From positions 1-54,395 of the forward strand of contig CAZUBB010000001.1 of NCBI GenBank assembly GCA_964618485.1: a stretch of DNA of 54,395 nt, written 5' to 3'. The notes beneath the pieces are model-generated. The model was not told the origin of the DNA, did no database searches, and saw only the letters and a program-made list of their open reading frames with translations. This stretch comes from an uncultured Pirellulales bacterium (GTDB lineage: Bacteria > Planctomycetota > Planctomycetia > Pirellulales > JALHLM01). The position numbers and the translations under genes are program-made. Shown here piece after piece: positions 49,069 to 54,395 of this stretch (the stretch's first letter is position 1; every line of letters starts with the position of its first letter).

Positions 49069-50526
49069 ATGACGAATGAACGGAACGCCAAAACACTCAG
49101 CCCGGCCGAGGTCGTCCACATCCTGACCGCACGCCGCTGGCAATGGCTCGCACCAGCCGCCGCCTGCACGCTGTTGGCTCTCGTCGCGGCGCTGGCGCTC
49201 CCTCGCACCTGGCAAGCGTCGCAGGCCATGGTCGTCCGCGACGAAGCCGCCGGCGCCGGTGCAGGGGATGGCCGTTTTCGTGGCTTGGACGACATGAAAG
49301 CAGCGCAGGAAACCGTGATGGAGCTCGCCAAGAGCCGCGCAGTGCTGGAAAGCGCGCTCCGCCTCGTCGGCCCGCCGAACGGCAACGCCACGACGCTCTG
49401 GCCGACCGCGCAGGCCGTTTCCGATCTTCGTGACGCCGTCTCCCTCACACCTCCCAAAGGCGCTGAGTTCGGCAAGACCGAGGTGTTTTACCTGCAGGTG
49501 AAAGATCAATCGCCTGACCGAGCCGTCGCGCTCAGCAAAGCGATCTCCGCGGAGCTGCGGAATCGCGTCGGCTCGCTACGCGACGAAAAAGCCCAGAGCA
49601 TGGTCGCCGAGCTGGAGCGCGGCGTAGCCCTCGCCGAAAAGGACCTCGATCACGCGACGGAGGCGTTGTCAGGACTCGAATCGCAGGTCGGTGGCGATCT
49701 CGCCGAGCTGCGGCTCCTCAACGCCGGCAACAATGGCGACAGCGACCTCCGTCGAAAGACCGTGGAAATCGAAACTGAGCTCCGCACTGCCAGGTTGCTG
49801 CGTCAAGAAAATGAAAAACTGTTGACCTTGTTGCAGGCGGCGCAAAACGACCAGGCGAAACTGCTGGCGACTCCCAACCGCTTGCTCGAGTCACAGCCGG
49901 CGCTCCGCCGCTTGAAGGACGGCCTCGTCGACGCTCAACTTCGCACCGCGCAACTGCGCGGCAATATGTCCGACGCGCACCCCTTGGTCGCGGCCGCGGT
50001 GCTCGCCGAAAGAAACGTCGCCGACCAGGTTCACAACGAGCTGGAAAACGCCGTGCGCGGCGTGGCCGTTGACCTCGATCTCAACGCCGCGCGGATCGCC
50101 TCTCTGGAAACCCAGGTCAATGCGAATCATCAGCGCCTGCAGAATCTCGCCGGCCTCCGCGCGAGCTACTCCAACCTCACCGCCGACGTCAACCAGCGAT
50201 CCGAATCGCTGCAGAAGGCCCGCCGCGAACTGTCCGAGGCGCAAGCCAATCAGGCCGGCGCCAAGGGCCCTGGAGTGATCACGCTGATCGACGGCCCCGA
50301 CACCGGCGACCGCCCCGTCGGCCCGAGCCGCGCGATGATCGTCCTTGGCGGCCTCGTCGGCGGCCTGACGATCGGCTTCGGCCTCGTCTTCCTGACGGCC
50401 ACCGCTTCCGAAAGCGGGTCCAACGTTCCTGCCGGCGATCGCACCCGCGCGGCCGTGGGCCCCGGCGCCGGCCTCCGCGGCGCTTTGGAATCGATCGCCA
50501 CCGGCCGCTGGGCCCCCGGACGGTAA
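49069..50526 (+). CDS. Polysaccharide chain-length determinant (Wzz/GumC-like PCP, no kinase domain)
   Basis: N-terminal TM WQWLAPAAACTLLALVAALAL, a long coiled-coil periplasmic region and a C-terminal TM IVLGGLVGGLTIGFGLVFL. The start is ATG 49069, or TTG 49054. Confidence 0.7.
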   Translation: MTNERNAKTLSPAEVVHILTARRWQWLAPAAACTLLALVAALALPRTWQASQAMVVRDEAAGAGAGDGRFRGLDDMKAAQETVMELAKSRAVLESALRLVGPPNGNATTLWPTAQAVSDLRDAVSLTPPKGAEFGKTEVFYLQVKDQSPDRAVALSKAISAELRNRVGSLRDEKAQSMVAELERGVALAEKDLDHATEALSGLESQVGGDLAELRLLNAGNNGDSDLRRKTVEIETELRTARLLRQENEKLLTLLQAAQNDQAKLLATPNRLLESQPALRRLKDGLVDAQLRTAQLRGNMSDAHPLVAAAVLAERNVADQVHNELENAVRGVAVDLDLNAARIASLETQVNANHQRLQNLAGLRASYSNLTADVNQRSESLQKARRELSEAQANQAGAKGPGVITLIDGPDTGDRPVGPSRAMIVLGGLVGGLTIGFGLVFLTATASESGSNVPAGDRTRAAVGPGAGLRGALESIATGRWAPGR

Positions 50527-50562
50527 CGTAAACTTCCGCCAGCACTCCACACCCATTGAACC

Positions 50563-50590
50563 TGTGGGAGGCGACTCCGTCGCCGATGGG
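50563..50590 (-). repeat. REP-like intergenic element, copy 3 (inverted orientation)
   Basis: TGTGGGAGGCGACTCCGTCGCCGATGGG is the reverse complement of copy 1 with one mismatch. It lies between the Wzz-like stop (50526) and the likely O-antigen-ligase-like start. Confidence 0.8.
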
Positions 50591-50597
50591 ACTTTCG

Positions 50598-52007
50598 ATG
50601 GACTTCCTCCTCGCAATCGCCGCGCTCGCCGCCGTGATCTGGGGGACGGCGCTCGTCCTCCGCGGCTCGCTGATCGGCGGTTGCCTGGTCTTTCTGTTCG
50701 CGCTCTGTTGCCTGGGACACGACTTCTTCGCCTTCTCGGTCGGCCCGCTGCCGCTCACCATCGATCGCCTCGCGCTCCTCGGCGTCATCGCGGCGTACGT
50801 CGTGCAGCGACGGCTCGGCAAGGCCGATCCCAAGCCGATGACGCCGCTCGACTGGCTGCTGCTCGCTTTCCTGGCATCGCTCACCATCAGCATGCTCCTC
50901 GCTGGCTGGCAGGCGAGCCCCCATGAAACCTCGCCCGTCTGGAGACTGGCCGGCGGTTACTTGATTCCCTTCTGCGTCTATTGGATCGCGCGGCAGTCGC
51001 CGCTGTCGGAATCGCGCCTGCGGCACGTGCTCGGCGCCATGGTCGCCTTCGGCGCGTATCTCGCCGTCACCGGTCTCTGCGAAACGGCGGGGCTCTGGTC
51101 GTTCGTCTTCCCGCGTTACATCGCCGATCCCAACGTCGGCCTCCACTTCGGCCGCGCCCGCGGCCCGATGGTCCACTCCGTCACGTACGGCGTGTATCTC
51201 TCCACGGCGCTCCTGGCGCTTTGGCAGTTGCTCCGTACGGCGCCGACGCGACCGCGAAAACTCGCCCTCGCCGCGCTCGTCCCACTCTTCGCCGCGGGGC
51301 TCTACGTTTCGCTCACGCGCAGCGTTTGGATGGGCGCGGGCATTGCCGCGCTCGTCGTCGTCGCGATGACGTTCCCCGCGCCATGGCGGCGGCTCGCCTT
51401 CGGCGGTGCGATCGCCGGCGCGCTGTTCCTGCTGGTGTTCAAGCTCGATTCCATCATCGGCCTGCAGCGCGAAGGCTCCGTCGCCGACACCCGCAACTCG
51501 GTCGACATGCGCGGTAGCTTCGCCTACGTCTCATGGTTGATGTTCCAGGATCGCCCGATCTGGGGCTTCGGCTTCGGACAGTTCCCCACGGCGAAGCTCG
51601 ATTACCTCGCCGATCGCACGAGCGACCTTCCCCTGGAACAAATCCGCGGCTACGTCCACCACAACGGCTACCTGAGCCTGCTCACCGAGACCGGGCTCGT
51701 CGGATTGGGCCTGTTTCTGGCGGTCCTGACCGGCTGGTCGCGCCGCGCTTGGTTACTCTCCCGCGACGCCGCCGAACCCGATTGGGCTCGCGCGCTCGGC
51801 CCGCTCGCGCTCGGCGTGTTCGCCATCTACGCGACGCAGTTGATGTTCCACGAGCTTTCCTACACGCCGCTCGACCACGCGCTCGTATTCTTCATCGCGG
51901 GGCTCACCGCGAACCTGACCACGAGCGCCGCCCTCGCTCGCCGCGCGAAAGCAACTAGCAGTGCGCCAATCGCCTTGAATCTCTCGCAGGCCCCCGCGAC
52001 CGCCTAG
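50598..52007 (+). CDS. O-antigen ligase / polymerase-like (Wzy_C domain) membrane protein
   Basis: About 10-12 helices. The loop YVSLTRSVWMGAGIAAL and a large periplasmic loop are typical of the family. Start chosen at ATG 50598, because 50556-50590 is occupied by the REP-like element; ATG 50586 is also possible. Confidence 0.7.
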   Translation: MDFLLAIAALAAVIWGTALVLRGSLIGGCLVFLFALCCLGHDFFAFSVGPLPLTIDRLALLGVIAAYVVQRRLGKADPKPMTPLDWLLLAFLASLTISMLLAGWQASPHETSPVWRLAGGYLIPFCVYWIARQSPLSESRLRHVLGAMVAFGAYLAVTGLCETAGLWSFVFPRYIADPNVGLHFGRARGPMVHSVTYGVYLSTALLALWQLLRTAPTRPRKLALAALVPLFAAGLYVSLTRSVWMGAGIAALVVVAMTFPAPWRRLAFGGAIAGALFLLVFKLDSIIGLQREGSVADTRNSVDMRGSFAYVSWLMFQDRPIWGFGFGQFPTAKLDYLADRTSDLPLEQIRGYVHHNGYLSLLTETGLVGLGLFLAVLTGWSRRAWLLSRDAAEPDWARALGPLALGVFAIYATQLMFHELSYTPLDHALVFFIAGLTANLTTSAALARRAKATSSAPIALNLSQAPATA

Positions 52008-52050
52008 CGCGCAATTTGCCGCGGATCGCGCGATGATTTAGACTCGGGGA

Positions 52051-52914
52051 ATGCCAATCCCCTTCACCTGCCCGCACTGCCGCGCCACGACCGATGTCGA
52101 CGATCACTTCGCCGGCCAAAGCGGGCCATGCAGTCATTGCGGGAAGCTGATTACGATTCCATCAGCGCCCGCCGCAGAGAACTCCTCAGCGCGGGAAACA
52201 CACGGCCAATTCGGTCCTGCCGGCGGACTGATTGGAATCATCGTCTTGCTTGTTATCGGCGTGGTGATGGCGTTATTGCTCATGGCGGCGTTGACTACTC
52301 CGCATGCAGCCCATCGTCAGGCGCAGTCGTTCAATAACCTCAAGCAAATCGCGCTCGCGCTTCACACATACAATGCGAAGTATCGCACCTTTCCGCCCGC
52401 ATACATTGCGGATGAAAACGGTCGGCCCATGCACAGCTGGCGGGTGTTGATCCTGCCCTACATGGATCAGCAAGCCTTGTACGACCAATACCGTTTCGAC
52501 GAGCCGTGGGACGGTCCCAACAACCGGCGGCTGCATGCGCTGATGCCACCCATGTACGCCGATCCGAGCTTTCCCGACGACACGAGTTCACACACAAACT
52601 ATGCGGTCATCACGGGCGAAAACACGATGTTCCCCGGCGCGAAGGCCGTCAAAGTTCGAAACGTGCGCGATGGTCTAAGCACAGTCCTTGCCGTCGTGTC
52701 GATCGGCGAGTCTGACATCGTCTGGTGCGAGCCGCGCGACCTGGAGTTTGACAAGATGAGCCTAAAGATCAACGACCCGACGCGGCCAGGCATAAAAAAC
52801 GAGACCTTCAGCGGGGCGCCGGTCGCTATGGGCGACGGAAGCGTGCGCGAACTCGAGGAAGAGATGCCGGAACAAGAGGTCAAGTCCCTCATCCTTCGCA
52901 ACGACGGGAAATAG
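52051..52914 (+). CDS. Zinc-ribbon-TM-DUF1559 protein, paralogue 1
   Basis: MPIPFTCPHCRATTDVDDHFAGQSGPCSHCGKLITIP (CxxC...CxxC), TM LIGIIVLLVIGVVMALLLMAAL, then DUF1559 core NNLKQIALALHTYNAKYRTFPPAYIADENGRPMHSWRVLILPYMDQQALYDQYRFDEPWDGPNN. Confidence 0.8.
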   Translation: MPIPFTCPHCRATTDVDDHFAGQSGPCSHCGKLITIPSAPAAENSSARETHGQFGPAGGLIGIIVLLVIGVVMALLLMAALTTPHAAHRQAQSFNNLKQIALALHTYNAKYRTFPPAYIADENGRPMHSWRVLILPYMDQQALYDQYRFDEPWDGPNNRRLHALMPPMYADPSFPDDTSSHTNYAVITGENTMFPGAKAVKVRNVRDGLSTVLAVVSIGESDIVWCEPRDLEFDKMSLKINDPTRPGIKNETFSGAPVAMGDGSVRELEEEMPEQEVKSLILRNDGK

Positions 52915-53000
52915 AGTCCAAGGGACGAATTTGCTTCCCCCCGCGGAATCCGCTACATTCCCCTGGCGATCGTTAAGACCACTCACGCCGGGGCCGTACC

Positions 53001-53879
53001 ATGCCGATTCCGTTTACCTGCCCGCATTGTGGCGCGCAAACCAGCGTGGACGATCGATTCGCCGGGCAGAGCGGGCCGTGTAGTCACTGTGCGAAGCCGA
53101 TCACGATTCCGTACGCCGCGGGGGCGATGCCTTCCGCGGCCCCGCCCACGCGAAGCGGCGGCGGCAGCGGAGTCGCGATTGCCGTGGCGGTGGTGGGCGG
53201 GCTGTTCGCGCTCGTCGTCTGCGGCGGAATCATGATCGCCCTGTTGTTGCCGGCGCTGCAGGCGGCGCGGAGCGCCGCGCGGAAAGCGCAGTCGACGAAT
53301 AACCTCAAGCAGATCGGCCTGGCGCTCCACACCTACCAGGCGACGTATGGCACGTTGCCGCCGGCTTACATCGCCGACGAAAACGGCAAGCCCATGCACA
53401 GTTGGCGCGTGCTGATCCTGCCATTTATCGAGCAAAAGGCGTTGTACGACCAATACGACTTCGACGAGCCGTGGGACGGCCCCAACAACCGCCGGCTGCA
53501 CGACGTGATGATGCCCCTGTTCGTAGATCCGAACTCTCCCGATGACTCGGCAATGTACACGAACTACGTGGTCATCACCGGCGAGAGGACCATGTTCCCC
53601 GGTGCGGAGAGCGTCTCGTTGAACGGCGTCACGGATCCTTACGGCAGCACGATTCTAGTGACGACGATCGGCGAATCCGACATCATCTGGTGCGAACCGC
53701 GCGACATCGAGTTTGATTCGATGAGCTTCGCCATCAACGATCCGGAGTTCGAGAGCATCTCCAGCGACGGCCCCGGTCCCGTGCCAGTGCTCTTCGGTGA
53801 CGGCCGGGTCACGCAGGTGCAGGAAGGGACGCCGGAGGAGGAAATCAAGTCGATGATCCTCCGCGACGACGGGAAATAG
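53001..53879 (+). CDS. Zinc-ribbon-TM-DUF1559 protein, paralogue 2
   Basis: Same architecture as paralogue 1. It retains a pilin-like helix, IALLLPALQAARSAARKAQSTNNLKQIGLALHTY, but has no prepilin cleavage motif. Confidence 0.8.
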   Translation: MPIPFTCPHCGAQTSVDDRFAGQSGPCSHCAKPITIPYAAGAMPSAAPPTRSGGGSGVAIAVAVVGGLFALVVCGGIMIALLLPALQAARSAARKAQSTNNLKQIGLALHTYQATYGTLPPAYIADENGKPMHSWRVLILPFIEQKALYDQYDFDEPWDGPNNRRLHDVMMPLFVDPNSPDDSAMYTNYVVITGERTMFPGAESVSLNGVTDPYGSTILVTTIGESDIIWCEPRDIEFDSMSFAINDPEFESISSDGPGPVPVLFGDGRVTQVQEGTPEEEIKSMILRDDGK

Positions 53880-53890
53880 CCTGGCGAGGG

Positions 53891-54395
53891 TTAATCCTCG
53901 CTGCCGTCCGCTTCTTCCATCATCAGATCGACGTCGGTTTTCAGATCGTCCATGTAGTTGCGCCAATCGCGCGTGAGCTTGTCGCGATCGATCTTCACGG
54001 CCTCGTCGAAGGTCTTGTGCAGCACCTCCGGCGAGAAGATCACGTCCGGCGGCATCTTCCCCAGTCGATCGTAAAACGCCAGCATCTCCAGCGGGTGTTC
54101 CTCGAGCATGAAGTGCGTTAGCGCCCAGGCCTGACCGTACGCGTGCAATCTGCCGGCATGCGTTGCCGCGAGGTCAAAGATCTGATCGCTCACGATCCAC
54201 TCCAGGCTGGAGACTTCCTTTTGGCCTCGTTCCAGCGCGCGATACCATTCCAAGCGTTCTTCGTTCACCGCACCGATCCCCGACCACGACGCGTCCTTCG
54301 GGCATTCAAAGTACGTGGCCAACCCTTCGTGAACCCAGGAGGGGACCATCACATGCCGCGGCAAGAGGCCGGTGTTGCCCGCCATCTGGTGGACG
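53891..54395 (-). CDS. DUF1570-like putative zinc metallopeptidase (5' end outside the window)
   Basis: The reading frame stays open to the window edge (...VHQMAGNTGLLPRHVMVPSWVHEGLATYFE). The HQ...EGLAxYFE pattern fits the HExxHQ...EGLA arrangement of DUF1570/MA-clan-like proteins. Confidence 0.6.
   Translation of the reverse strand, partial: VHQMAGNTGLLPRHVMVPSWVHEGLATYFECPKDASWSGIGAVNEERLEWYRALERGQKEVSSLEWIVSDQIFDLAATHAGRLHAYGQAWALTHFMLEEHPLEMLAFYDRLGKMPPDVIFSPEVLHKTFDEAVKIDRDKLTRDWRNYMDDLKTDVDLMMEEADGSED

Noticed and set aside
48672-49475. A 268-codon N-terminal extension of the 664-aa minus-strand ORF (47481-49475)
   Set aside because: The extension is Ser/Ala/Arg-rich junk that overlaps the divergent Wzz-like gene. 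The paralogue at 43630-44844 is 404 aa, which matches a start at 48671 (397 aa).

Overview
This is a GC-rich chromosomal window. Its gene content looks like Planctomycetota (Pirellulales-like): DUF1559 and DUF1570 proteins, dockerin-type repeat pairs, huge multidomain exoproteins and basic LExRxLL N-termini. This taxonomic call is an inference from gene content only. About one third of the window is a single 17.4-kb ORF (3395-20830, 5,811 aa). It runs DUF4214/DUF4114 modules, cadherin-like arrays, an IgGFc-binding-N-like module split by about 14 PPC-like repeats, an Rhs/YD cage, and an unassigned 318-aa C-terminal domain with no adjacent immunity gene. Directly downstream lies a translationally coupled four-gene operon (20974-26072): a 786-aa orphan protein, a phosphatidylserine-decarboxylase-like enzyme with an atypical GAST site, an Lgt-like membrane transferase and a COG3963-type N-methyltransferase. 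I consider this operon the best candidate for an undescribed lipid or head-group pathway. Other content, in order: a His-less MerR/B12-like regulator, a fasciclin protein and a sigma-70 factor; a 1,422-aa ThuA-PQQ dehydrogenase-PKD-CBM-dockerin protein; a 1,613-aa LTD-CotH-LTD-dockerin protein with an extra 180-aa toxin-like tail; DUF4242; a TPR membrane protein; a membrane-associated GTPase; tRNA-Ala(UGC) with a frameshifted integrase stub; der; a Wzx/Wzy-type exopolysaccharide locus with two CelD-like GNAT paralogues; two tandem zinc-ribbon-DUF1559 paralogues; and a partial DUF1570-like gene. Several non-coding structures are visible: a 28-nt REP-like element (3 copies), a 141-nt hairpin that is better paired on the minus strand, a 148-nt nested inverted repeat, 10-bp phased CGGAAG repeats and a 19-bp direct repeat. 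No CRISPR array, rRNA or intact mobile element was seen. All family names come from motif recognition by eye, not from database searches.
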